This document shows, in pieces, positions 35,439-44,952 of a stretch of 64,000 nt of DNA. Within the stretch, counting starts at the first letter, position 1. Each line of letters starts with the position of its first letter. A program made the position numbers and the translations under genes. The stretch comes from Rhodothermales bacterium (GTDB taxonomy: Bacteria; Bacteroidota; Rhodothermia; Rhodothermales; VXPQ01), in the NCBI GenBank assembly GCA_965117025.1, contig OZ220746.1:2357650-2421649 (forward strand). Reading direction: 5' to 3'. A model generated the notes under the pieces. It saw only the letters and a list, made by a program, of their open reading frames with translations, had not been told where the DNA came from and did no database searches.

Positions 35439-38400
35439 CTATTTTAGGAGTGTCATTCGGTGCGTACTGTGAAAATCGCCAGCCCGTATCCTGTAGAAGT
35501 AGACGCCGCTCGGAAGATTCCCGGCGTCGAAGCGAGCGCGGTGCGTGCCAGCGCGCAACTCCTCCTGGAGGAGACGAGTTACCTCTCTGCCCAGCACATC
35601 GTATACGATGAGTGATACCATCGCATCTTCCGGGAGATCGAAAAGTATCTCCGTAGAAGGATTGAAAGGATTGGGAAAATTTTGCCGGAGCGCATACGTT
35701 TCGGGAATATCCTGATCGGCCTCAAGCAAATCCGCATCCGATGAAAGCATTTCCTTGGTATCCGAGTTTTTCTTGCCGTTTGGATCCGTTGGACACGAAC
35801 CTTCCGTAGATGATAGAACACGTACCTCCCATTCACTTGAAACCACAGACTGCCGGGGAGAAGAACTGTCCATTACCTGGACCCGGATCTTGAAGTTTTC
35901 CCCGTTGTATCCCCCATAGTCAATGGTCCGGGTAGCTCCTACATTATTCCAGGCATTGCATTCAGGGGCTCTGGCTCGGTCACAGATTCGATAGGATGAC
36001 CAGGAATACGAATAAGGGGGCTTGCCGCCGGATGACGACGCAACGAAATGCCCGGTGGAGGTTCCGGAGTCAATACAAGTAGGCCCTGAAGCTGAGATGC
36101 GCAACTGAGATTTTTCCAGGTTCAACTGAAAAGATGGATCAACACTCCATACTTCATTCTGCTGGGTGAGTCTCACAAAGCCATAATTCAGATTAGCTGG
36201 CAGTTCCACATAGAAAGAATCGGCTTCGGTGATGGGAAAATGTAATATTCCCCCAGAAGCCGAATTGGCCGGATCAACATAATATTCGGCAGACCGCGCC
36301 GCGACAACATCCACAGTGCTACTGTCACGCAGCCAAGTATAATATTGCCATGCTCTATTACCTTCGCTAGGTAGGTCATTATTTTCTCGTGCACGCTTGT
36401 TAGGATCTCCTGCATTGGCATGAGGACGGATCAAGGCAACTGTAGTAAAATATTTTTTAGAATCTCCATTGGGAAGGCTATCATTACCACGCAGCACCAT
36501 TTTTTTTATAGGAATTCCGACACCTTTAGCAGAGCCAGAAATGTACGACTCTCTAATTTGATCTGATTGGATAACGTCGTAACGCATTCGTTCGACAGTA
36601 AAAGGTTGAATATAAAGCCTATGACTTGTATTATGTGAAGGTGACAAAGAATTTTCGGATATATAAAGATTAGTCCATTGTCGAGCGACAGCGTCTCCAG
36701 AATAAGTCACATCCAATACAGTATTCGAATTGCCGTGATAATACATTTTGTACCAATTTGTACGATTATCAACTCGACTAATTGCATTGATATCTACTAT
36801 ATAAGGGTATTCTTCATCGCGGATAAAAAGTACATTCCGATAGTATTTCCCGAAAACATGATATCCACTGGCTCCAAGATTTGTAATTGTTGCCTTGGCT
36901 TTCAGGCCTATTTGTGCGGAGAGTAAATCAATATTCTCGTGAGTTTGCCGGTATATTTCATTAATATCTTGATGTTCCGAATGTATACGATGACCACTAA
37001 GTCGATTATAGAACGGAGATCGGACACCGCCATTATTATTAGTCCACTGCGGTGCGTCTGGTGAAAGTGTCATCACATTGTGATCCGTATAATTATTCCA
37101 GGTACTTCGATCCCAAGCATCGGGGAAACCAGGATATGGCTTATCATAACCCGAATCGACGAGATACGAAAGATTGTCCACGTAATATAGCAGCTGCATC
37201 TGATCTCCCTGTTCGTGCCCTTCGCCTCTTTCAATGGCGTCACCACTCTCGCCGTTGAGCAGAATGTAATGTGTACGCCCACCTATTTCTCTTCTGATTA
37301 CAACCTCTTGGCGTGCGTAGTCTGACGCGGGGACATTGTTGCTGCCGCCATCGCCACTTTGTCTGTTTGCGAATGTGTTGCCGACAACTTCGTCGAGTGG
37401 ATTAGAAGACGGTATAGAGGCATTGGGGATAGCAATTTCAACAGGGTAGAGATCTTTTCGAAAAGCGGACGAGTTTATTTTTTTGCCGATCCAGGCAAAT
37501 TTATTTCCCACGGAACCCTCTCCATAAGCGCTACTCCAGCGAAGAGGACCGATGTTATACATAATATGCTTGTGCCCGTCGTCCAATGGAGGCGTTTTGC
37601 CGTCCGGTGTGGAAATATCGGCTAGCCAATGGAGCGGTCGCAGAAGCCAGTCTTCTCTGAACGGGTCGTTGAATTCGTAACTGTGGATGACTGGCCTCTG
37701 GCTGAGTGGGTGTCGGTCGTCGATGCGCAAGAGCAAACTGTTTATACGTGCAGCGTGCCAGAACGGAATAACCTTGCTAAGGGTGATATGGAGGTAATAG
37801 GGGCCTTCTGCCCAGAAGTGTTTGCCATTGTCGGTTTGGTAGTGCCAATACTTGTGCCGAAAGTTTGTACCGGCCTCTATACCGGCAGCCTCAAAGGCGC
37901 GCCTCAGAAATCTGCTCATGTCCGAACGTGTGTCCGACCAAGAAGAACCAAAAGGTATTGGCTCCTGCTGCCAAGCAAGCGTCGCATAGCCGATAGCCAA
38001 CTGCATCGCCAAGGCGGCGTTACCGGGCTCCCCATCATATCTATTCCATACAGCAATTCCCAACTTCTTAATATTATGCAATTCCTCCAACTTGTTAATC
38101 AAGATAGTGTACTCGTTTTTTAGATTAAATTTTTCACTTGATGACAGAAGGTTTGTTGAATTTCCGTTTGCATATTCGGCCGGATCATAATGCTTGTATG
38201 CATTTTCCAATGCCAGATAAAAATCCATAGCCCGGGCGACGCTTGTTACGGGCGTCGCCCAATGGACACCGTCGTCATGATGGTCAGTATTGATCATCCA
38301 ACTCGTTGTGTTCAGAAGGGCCGTGCGGAACGAATCCACAGCCGCGGATGCCGACGGAAGCGTCGGATTTAAAGTGGTGGGGTCATAATCGTTATTATCA

Positions 38401-38888
38401 AGTACGTACGCAACCAGCGCCACAAAGCCCCTCGACTGCAAGCGGACAGTGTTACTCGATATGTTTCCAAGGCTTGTCGAAGGTGATAGCGATTCGTTGG
38501 ATTTTTTAATAATCTTTTGAAAAATAGCTTTCATGGTTGAGTCAGCGCTGGGACTGTACACCTCTTCCAGTACCTGCTTAAGTCCATATCCTATATTGCA
38601 GTTGGTTTCACTGCTTTCAGTGCAGTCGAACCCGTTGAGGGATAGAGAAGGGTGTTTGATGGCGTGAGGAAGGTAACTGAGAAAGCGATCATTGCCCACC
38701 GTGTCGGGTGGCAGGCAGTCGATGACCACCGCTGTCTGGCTCTGCGCAATCGCAGGCTGAGCGGCAGAGGCGATCAGCAACAGCAAGAGCGCAGCGCTTC
38801 GCCCCGCGATGGCACAGCCGTGCCGTACGACGCATGCCGCCGCTGCGGGCGCAAGGAGAGCGTTTCTGATTACAGGGAAGAACTTCAT
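35439..38888 (-). CDS. Heparinase II/III-like (polysaccharide lyase-like) protein with an Ig-like domain and T9SS CTD
   Basis: ORF 35439..39050 trimmed to ATG 38888 (MKFFPVIRNALLAPAAAACV...AQPAIAQ). Toroid-like HFWAEGPYYLHITLSKVIPFWHAA. Hepar_II_III-like GEGHEQGDQMQLLYYVDNLSYLVDSGYD ... STWNNYTDHNVMTL. SprB/PKD-like SSGGKPPYSYSW. CTD: QNFPNPFNPSTEILFDLPEDAMVSLIVYDVLGREV...YFYRIRAGDFHSTHRMTLLK. Confidence 0.7.
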   Translation of the reverse strand: MKFFPVIRNALLAPAAAACVVRHGCAIAGRSAALLLLLIASAAQPAIAQSQTAVVIDCLPPDTVGNDRFLSYLPHAIKHPSLSLNGFDCTESSETNCNIGYGLKQVLEEVYSPSADSTMKAIFQKIIKKSNESLSPSTSLGNISSNTVRLQSRGFVALVAYVLDNNDYDPTTLNPTLPSASAAVDSFRTALLNTTSWMINTDHHDDGVHWATPVTSVARAMDFYLALENAYKHYDPAEYANGNSTNLLSSSEKFNLKNEYTILINKLEELHNIKKLGIAVWNRYDGEPGNAALAMQLAIGYATLAWQQEPIPFGSSWSDTRSDMSRFLRRAFEAAGIEAGTNFRHKYWHYQTDNGKHFWAEGPYYLHITLSKVIPFWHAARINSLLLRIDDRHPLSQRPVIHSYEFNDPFREDWLLRPLHWLADISTPDGKTPPLDDGHKHIMYNIGPLRWSSAYGEGSVGNKFAWIGKKINSSAFRKDLYPVEIAIPNASIPSSNPLDEVVGNTFANRQSGDGGSNNVPASDYARQEVVIRREIGGRTHYILLNGESGDAIERGEGHEQGDQMQLLYYVDNLSYLVDSGYDKPYPGFPDAWDRSTWNNYTDHNVMTLSPDAPQWTNNNGGVRSPFYNRLSGHRIHSEHQDINEIYRQTHENIDLLSAQIGLKAKATITNLGASGYHVFGKYYRNVLFIRDEEYPYIVDINAISRVDNRTNWYKMYYHGNSNTVLDVTYSGDAVARQWTNLYISENSLSPSHNTSHRLYIQPFTVERMRYDVIQSDQIRESYISGSAKGVGIPIKKMVLRGNDSLPNGDSKKYFTTVALIRPHANAGDPNKRARENNDLPSEGNRAWQYYTWLRDSSTVDVVAARSAEYYVDPANSASGGILHFPITEADSFYVELPANLNYGFVRLTQQNEVWSVDPSFQLNLEKSQLRISASGPTCIDSGTSTGHFVASSSGGKPPYSYSWSSYRICDRARAPECNAWNNVGATRTIDYGGYNGENFKIRVQVMDSSSPRQSVVSSEWEVRVLSSTEGSCPTDPNGKKNSDTKEMLSSDADLLEADQDIPETYALRQNFPNPFNPSTEILFDLPEDAMVSLIVYDVLGREVTRLLQEELRAGTHRARFDAGNLPSGVYFYRIRAGDFHSTHRMTLLK

Positions 38889-38908
38889 GGCTTGGGTACT
38901 TCTGTCTT

Positions 38909-39352
38909 TTACGGATTCGGATAGGAGAGCGTGGCCGTGGCGGTGTCGTTGTCGGCGTCGGCGTCGGTCACCGTCACTTCGAGGTTCGTCGAGCGCGACA
39001 GCGTGAGCGAGAAGCTGCTTGCGGTTCTGCCTGAGGCCCACTCGGTGCATGGAGGCGCGGCCCTGTCGCCGGGTTCATCGACACCGCCGAGTAGCTCAGT
39101 GCGCTGCCGCTCGTCTCTCTGAAATAGGAGCGGACGCTGAAACGAACGAACGAGTCGCCCTCGGATATGGTCTTGGTGGGAATACGGCCTGTGCTGTCCG
39201 GGAAGAGCCTCCGAAAAGAAGCTCCAGGATGTCCCGATATCGTCCGCAGCCGCCGGACTGCATTTTTCTGCACGGGCCGAAGCGCCAGTGAAATGCATTG
39301 CGCCCAGCGCAAACGCCAGAACCAGCGCATACCGCGCCGTCGTGGTAAACAT
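38909..39352 (-). pseudogene. Possible truncated secreted (T9SS-cargo) gene remnant ending ...ATLSYPNP*
   Basis: ATG 39352 gives MFTTTARYALVLAFALGAMHFTGASARAE (signal). The ORF stops right after LSYPNP, the first residues of the (N/S)YPNPFNP CTD motif. The middle section reads more protein-like in another frame (ISEGDSFVRFSVRSYFRETSGSALSYSAV), which suggests frameshifts. Confidence 0.4.
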
Positions 39353-39734
39353 ATCGATGCCTCTAAAAAACCTTTGGCGAACTGCAAAATGAATCATTCT
39401 GCCGGCGGCCGGGAAAAGGCCGAAAGCCTGAGAATCGTCGTGAAGCACAAAATTTCGTCAATAATTGGCAAAATTCAAATGAGCATCACATGATTTATTA
39501 TTATAAAACATGTTTTTATCATGAACTTCTGTAAAAAATGTATAAAACATCTTCGGAATGCTGGCGCCGGCGCGGCTCTGCGCTGAAATCGATCTGACCG
39601 AGGCGGTTGTGGATTTGGTAAAGCGGGGTGACAGAACGGCATGGCCTCGACCATTTGCAAGGCTAACCGTTTGTCGCCTCGGTTATTTGCCGCCGGATTC
39701 CTGTCGTTTTCCTGCCGAATCGCTGGCGTTTTAC

Positions 39735-39866
<132 letters not shown>

Positions 39867-39874
<8 letters not shown>

Positions 39875-39911
39875 GGAAATAGCCGGAAACGGCGATTCCG
39901 GGGCGTTTTTT
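39867..39911 (+). terminator. Rho-independent terminator after tRNA-Arg copy 2
   Basis: AACGCC-TC-GGAA...TTCC-GG-GGCGTT stem followed by TTTTT. Confidence 0.6.
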
Positions 39912-40103
39912 GTTTGCGTCGGTTCGGCCCGTCAGGCGGAGGGTGATTTGCAGCGGGACGGGGCTTATTATACCCTTTCCAGAAAGGGCAATCCGATCGT
40001 CTATCCATGCCGTCTGTTTGCCGCGAAGTTCTCCTCCTTGATCCGGAGACTCCCTGCCGGGACGAACACCTGCGCGTTAGCCGGCCTGAATGATCGGGAA
40101 GAT

Positions 40104-40940
40104 ATGAGCGAAGAATACCGCCACGACCCGGTTTCGGCGATTGCAGAGGCAGAAGCGACGGGGGAAACCGCCGCCGTTTTCGCCGACATCCGCCAGACCA
40201 TGCGGCTTCCGCTGGTCACGTCGATCTGGCGCACGCTCGCCGGTGTGGACGGGGGATTGTGCGCCGTCTGGGCGGCGGCGAAGCCGCTTTATGCGTCGGG
40301 CCAGCCCGATGCGGCGCTATTCAGGGTACTTGAGCGTGTCGTGCTGCCGGTACCCGGCCCGCTCGTTCCCGGCCAACTGGACCGCGCGGGCATCCCGGCG
40401 GACGACCTGCCGGTGATCCGGGCGCTCCTCGATGCCTATAATCGCTCGAACGGGTTGAACCTGATGGCGCTCACGAGCCTTGTCGTGGCGCCAGACGGAC
40501 GGCCCGCGAACTATCCGGTCCCTCCTCCGCCATCGCCGTGGCCGACCTTGCCCCCGCTGCTTGCGCAGGACGACATGGCGGCGGATACATGGATCCTTCT
40601 CCATCATCTGAACCGCTTCGGCGCCACGCCCGACGAACCCGGTCTCGCCACGCTCTGGCGACACCTTGCCCACTGGCCCGGCTTGCTCGCCGTCATTCAT
40701 GCGGGCTTCGCGCCGCTCCAAAAAGACGGGACGATCCAGCGCTCGATCCGGCAGTTGCTGGCGGGAGCGCAAGCGGAGGGAGCCTCCCTTGCGCATCTTC
40801 GCCCGGAGCGCATCGATATGCCGGAGACGGCGCGGGCGATGGTCGCGCAGTACGCGCGCCATCCGGGGCTCGTCGTCCGCATGGTCGCCATCGGCCACGG
40901 CCTCGCGCACTGGCTGCGGCAAGCGGAAAAGCAGGTTTGA
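40104..40940 (+). CDS. DehI-family (group I alpha-haloacid dehalogenase-like) protein
   Basis: ORF 39948..40940 trimmed to ATG 40104. Recalled DehI-like blocks: GETAAVFADIRQTMRLPLVTSIWRTLA (compare YEDIRLTLRVPWV), VIRALLDAYNRSNGLNLMALTSLV, LHHLNRFGATPDEPGLATLWRHLAHWPGLL. An internally duplicated helical fold is plausible. Confidence 0.65.
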   Translation: MSEEYRHDPVSAIAEAEATGETAAVFADIRQTMRLPLVTSIWRTLAGVDGGLCAVWAAAKPLYASGQPDAALFRVLERVVLPVPGPLVPGQLDRAGIPADDLPVIRALLDAYNRSNGLNLMALTSLVVAPDGRPANYPVPPPPSPWPTLPPLLAQDDMAADTWILLHHLNRFGATPDEPGLATLWRHLAHWPGLLAVIHAGFAPLQKDGTIQRSIRQLLAGAQAEGASLAHLRPERIDMPETARAMVAQYARHPGLVVRMVAIGHGLAHWLRQAEKQV

Positions 40941-40976
40941 TCAGCGTATCCTGTAGTCCGGGCATTCCATGAATCC

Positions 40977-41687
40977 ATGAATCTTTCCTCCGTAAAAGCG
41001 CTCACCTTCGATGTCTTCGGCACGGTCGTTGACTGGCGAAGCACCATCCTTCGCGAGGGCCGGGCGCTGGGCAAGCAGAAGGCACTGGAGGTGGACTGGG
41101 TGGAATTTGCCCATGCATGGCGGGCCGGATACGAGCCGTTCATGCACCGCGTTCGCACGGGCGAGCTGCCTTGGTTGAACATCGACGAACTCCATCGGAT
41201 GATCCTGGACGAATTGCTGGTCCGGTTCCGGATCGAGGGGCTTGGCGAGGCGGAGAAAGATCATCTGAACCGCGTATGGCGCCGGCTCGATCCCTGGCCG
41301 GATGCCCGCGCAGGGCTGGCGCGGCTGCGCCGGCGTTTCCTCGTAGCCCCCCTCTCCAATGGGAACATCGCGCTCCTGACCCACATGGCGAAACGGGCCG
41401 ACCTGCGATGGGATTGTATCCTCTCCTCGGAGCTGGCGCATCGTTACAAGCCCGACCCGGAGGTCTACCTGACGGCGGCCCGGTTGCTCGGCCTCCGTCC
41501 ACAGCAGGTGATGATGGTCGCCGCCCACAATGCTGATCTGCTGGCGGCGCAGGCAGTGGGATTCCGCACTGCCTTCGTCTATCGAACCCGGGAATACGGC
41601 CCAAGCCAAACGACGGACCTCGCTCCGGATCCCTCGGTGGATGTGATCGCCAGGGATTTCGAGGATCTCGCAGATCAGATTGCCTGA
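40977..41687 (+). CDS. Haloacid dehalogenase type II (HAD superfamily, L-2-haloacid dehalogenase-like)
   Basis: Nucleophile motif ALTFDVFGTVVDW, APLSNGN, and HRYKPDPEVY with the downstream MVAAHNADLLAAQAVGF. Confidence 0.85.
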   Translation: MNLSSVKALTFDVFGTVVDWRSTILREGRALGKQKALEVDWVEFAHAWRAGYEPFMHRVRTGELPWLNIDELHRMILDELLVRFRIEGLGEAEKDHLNRVWRRLDPWPDARAGLARLRRRFLVAPLSNGNIALLTHMAKRADLRWDCILSSELAHRYKPDPEVYLTAARLLGLRPQQVMMVAAHNADLLAAQAVGFRTAFVYRTREYGPSQTTDLAPDPSVDVIARDFEDLADQIA

Positions 41688-41710
41688 ATCCGGATCAACA
41701 TACGTCTCAT

Positions 41711-42382
41711 TCAAAGCGAAGCGATGGACCGGAGATGCGGTACGCTTGCGATGATTGCCGGGCGATCTTTCCCTCTGTAGCGCACCCCATCGTCCGTATG
41801 GCGGAGCCACTGCTCCGCGTTCCATATCGCTGCATTGGCCGTCGTTCGGATATATGCTTCCGTCCAGTAGCCATCCAGCAAATGCAGCGCCTCCAGAATC
41901 ATGTCCGCGTTGGGAGCTTCTATGGACATCAGCATGTCCGTGAAATATCCGACCGCTTCCGGGGAGGCGTTGCCGTCATGGAGCAAATGATTCAGCAGCT
42001 CGGGCGCCACGAATTCTATTACATACGATGGAATCGCTTCATCCCCTGCAATCACTTCATCTTCGATAGCTTTCTCGATGAGGTTCCGGACACCCTTGTA
42101 CAATTCCTCTGCAGAAATTACATCCTCTGTGTACCGCTTTTCAAGCTCCCACACCGGCAGCATCACGGTCTCAAAAGTACGAACACGTTGTGCCCTCGCT
42201 TCCTCGAATCTGGCTTTTTCCGCCTCCGTGGAGAACGTCAGCTCCCCGGCATTGAAGGAAGAGGCGTCTGAGGACCCTGTGGGGTTATTGTCGCAACCCC
42301 CAAGAAGCGCCAGCGCCAGGATCGGCAGGTACACGGTCCGGGCAAGAGAGCTGAACAGAAGTCTTTGCATGCGTTTGTTCAT
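41711..42382 (-). CDS. Hypothetical lipoprotein
   Basis: ORF 41711..42547 trimmed to ATG 42382 (MNKRMQRLLFSSLARTVYLPILALALLGGCDNN lipobox). Helical and acidic. No family recognised. Confidence 0.55.
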   Translation of the reverse strand: MNKRMQRLLFSSLARTVYLPILALALLGGCDNNPTGSSDASSFNAGELTFSTEAEKARFEEARAQRVRTFETVMLPVWELEKRYTEDVISAEELYKGVRNLIEKAIEDEVIAGDEAIPSYVIEFVAPELLNHLLHDGNASPEAVGYFTDMLMSIEAPNADMILEALHLLDGYWTEAYIRTTANAAIWNAEQWLRHTDDGVRYRGKDRPAIIASVPHLRSIASL

Positions 42383-42617
42383 ATGGCGTTTTCCTCCCCT
42401 TTCAAGGTGTATTCCGCTGGTTTGGGTTAGCGTTAGGGGGACTTTCGGGCCTGATTCAGGCCTTGGCTCGAGCGCGTACACATACTGATTATAAGGGATT
42501 GTATCCCGGGTTCCCAAACGAAAAAAGATTTCCATCGCCAGACCCATCTATAGAATAATTGCATAATAGACCCTATCTTTATGCAGTTTTTGCATAGATC
42601 GCATTTTTGCACCTGTT

Positions 42618-43517
42618 GTGGACACCCAGCATATCCTTTCTTTCGTAGCCGCCGCCGAGGAAAAGAACTTCAGCCGGGCCGCCGAGCGGGTTTCCCTGAC
42701 CCAGCCCACACTGAGTCGTCATATCCAGCGTCTCGAGGAAGAACTGGGCGTGGAGTTGTTCGACCGGAGCGGGCATGCCGTGGAGTTGACCGGGCCGGGC
42801 GCGGCGTTTTTGCAGGAAGCCCGGCGTACGCTCGATCAGGTGGAGATCGCCCGCCGAGAAGCGCAGCGGGCTGCGCACGGAGAGGTGGGCCGTCTCGTGG
42901 TCGGGTTCACAGGGTATGCGATGTATGGCGCGTTGCCCCGTTTTCTGCGCCGTTTCCGGGAACGTCACCCCCGCGTGGCGCTCACCCTGCGCGAAATGCA
43001 GACGCACGAACAACCGGATGCGCTCCGCCGCCGAACGATCTCCGTAGGGTTTACCGGCGCCTGTCCCGAAGATTTCGCTTCCGAGGTGGTGGCCCGCGAG
43101 GAGGTATTGCTGGCATTTCCGGCCCGTCACCCTCTTGCCGGCGCCTCCGAAATCGCTTTGGCCGATCTGGCCGAAGAATCCTTCGTAATGGTGGCGCGGC
43201 CTTCCGAGCCGGAATTGTTTGACGGCCTCATCGATTTGTGCCGGCGGGCGGGATTCGGACCACGTGTTGCGCAGCGGGCAAACCGCATGGGCGTGGCGCT
43301 CGGTATGGTAGGCGCCGGACTGGGTGTGGCCTTTGTGCCTGCTTCCCTGCGGAATCGACCGGGTACGCAGGATGTGCGGTTCGTACCGCTTGCCGGTCCC
43401 GCACCCCATCTTCTGCTCAGAATGGTGTGGTCGGAAGACGATCCGGACCCTGTGCTTCGTCATTTTGTGGAAGCGGTTCGTTCCGTGCCGCCATCCGCGC
43501 CGTCCCCGTCCCTGTAA
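42618..43517 (+). CDS. LysR family transcriptional regulator
   Basis: HTH region ILSFVAAAEEKNFSRAAERVSLTQPTLSRHIQRLEEELGVELFDRSG, plus a LysR substrate-binding-like C-terminus. GTG start. Confidence 0.9.
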   Translation: MDTQHILSFVAAAEEKNFSRAAERVSLTQPTLSRHIQRLEEELGVELFDRSGHAVELTGPGAAFLQEARRTLDQVEIARREAQRAAHGEVGRLVVGFTGYAMYGALPRFLRRFRERHPRVALTLREMQTHEQPDALRRRTISVGFTGACPEDFASEVVAREEVLLAFPARHPLAGASEIALADLAEESFVMVARPSEPELFDGLIDLCRRAGFGPRVAQRANRMGVALGMVGAGLGVAFVPASLRNRPGTQDVRFVPLAGPAPHLLLRMVWSEDDPDPVLRHFVEAVRSVPPSAPSPSL

Positions 43518-43524
43518 AGCCCGT

Positions 43525-44895
43525 ATGTCCCGTTCTTCTTCCGGTTATCTGCTGCGCCTCGCGCTCATCGCATCGCTCGGCGGGTTTTTGTTCGGCTACG
43601 ACACGGCGGTTATTTCCGGCACGATCGGGTTCGTAACGGACAAGTTCGGGCTGGGTCCGGTCATGGAGGGATGGTATGTCAGTTCGGCGCTGATCGGGTG
43701 CATTACGGGGGTTTCGGTGGCGGGCTTTTTGAGCGACCGGTTCGGGCGCAGGCTGATCCTGATGCTGTCCGCCGCGCTGTTTCTGCTTTCCGCGATCGGG
43801 TGCGCGTATTCCGGCGGGCATTTCATGCTCATTGTGTACCGGCTTATCGGGGGTGTGGGCGTGGGCGTGGCCTCCATGCTGTCCCCATTGTATATCTCCG
43901 AAGTTTCGCCGTCCCGCGTGCGCGGACGCATGGTGTCCATGTACCAGTTGGCCATCACGGTCGGCATCCTGTGTTCGTACTTCATAAATGCCTGGCTGCT
44001 GCACCGGGCGCCCGGCGTATCCGAAGGCATTTTCGCCGGAGACGAAGTGTGGCGCGGCATGCTCGGCAGCGAATCCGTGCCTGCGCTGCTTTTTCTTTTG
44101 CTCCTCTTCATCGTGCCGGAAAGCCCGCGCTGGCTGGTTGCCCGGAGTCGCCCCGACGAAGCGCACAAGATTCTGGCGCAGGTGGCGGATGCGGAAACCG
44201 CCGCCGGTCAGGTTCAGGAGATCGAAACGACCCTGGCCCAGGAGCCGGAATCCTGGAAGCGTATTCTGGGGCATCGCGGCATCCGGTTTTCGATCATACT
44301 CGGGGTGGCTCTTGGCTTTTTGACCCAGGTGAGCGGCATCAACGCCATCATTTACTATGGCCCGAGGATTCTCGAAGAGGCGGGCTTTACGCTGGGCGAT
44401 GCGCTGGGCGGACAGGTAGTGATCGGGGTGGTGAATGTGTTGTTCACCCTGGTCGCCATCTGGAAAATAGACGATCTCGGCAGGAGGCCGCTGCTCATCG
44501 GGGGCGTATCGGGGCTGGTCTTTTCGCTGCTGGTCATCGGAGCGCTCTTCCAGGCCGGCGCGACGGAAGGCCCGTGGCTGCTGATCTTTATTCTGATTTA
44601 CATCGCCTGCTTTGCGGCGTCGTTCGGACCGGTCATCTGGGTGTTGCTTGCGGAGATGTACCCGACGCGCGTGCGGGGGCGGGCCATGTCCGTCGCCACC
44701 TTTGCCCTGTGGGGCGGTACGGCGCTTGTGGGGCAGACGGTGCCGTGGCTGCTGGAGACGTTGCAGCCGAGCGGCACGTTCTGGCTGTTCGCCGTGCTGT
44801 GCGCTCCGGCTATTTACCTCGGCTGGAAGGTGCTGCCGGAAACGAAGGGCAAGAGCCTGGAAGAGATTGAAGCCTATTGGATGGGGCGGGGGTAA
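43525..44895 (+). CDS. Sugar porter family MFS transporter
   Basis: ORF 43324..44895 trimmed to ATG 43525. LGGFLFGYDTAVISG, GFLSDRFGRRLIL, PESPRWL, and PETKGKSLEEIE signatures. Confidence 0.9.
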   Translation: MSRSSSGYLLRLALIASLGGFLFGYDTAVISGTIGFVTDKFGLGPVMEGWYVSSALIGCITGVSVAGFLSDRFGRRLILMLSAALFLLSAIGCAYSGGHFMLIVYRLIGGVGVGVASMLSPLYISEVSPSRVRGRMVSMYQLAITVGILCSYFINAWLLHRAPGVSEGIFAGDEVWRGMLGSESVPALLFLLLLFIVPESPRWLVARSRPDEAHKILAQVADAETAAGQVQEIETTLAQEPESWKRILGHRGIRFSIILGVALGFLTQVSGINAIIYYGPRILEEAGFTLGDALGGQVVIGVVNVLFTLVAIWKIDDLGRRPLLIGGVSGLVFSLLVIGALFQAGATEGPWLLIFILIYIACFAASFGPVIWVLLAEMYPTRVRGRAMSVATFALWGGTALVGQTVPWLLETLQPSGTFWLFAVLCAPAIYLGWKVLPETKGKSLEEIEAYWMGRG

Positions 44896-44952
44896 GGGGA
44901 GGATACCTCGGCCCCTGCATAGACATAAGGGGATGCTGCGGCCCTTGGTGAT

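Noticed and set aside
38889-39050. N-terminal extension of the lyase-like ORF (MHRVGLRQNRKQ...RRRRRQRHRH...).
   Set aside because: It overlaps the upstream truncated gene in another frame and is Arg-rich junk. A good signal peptide starts at ATG 38888.
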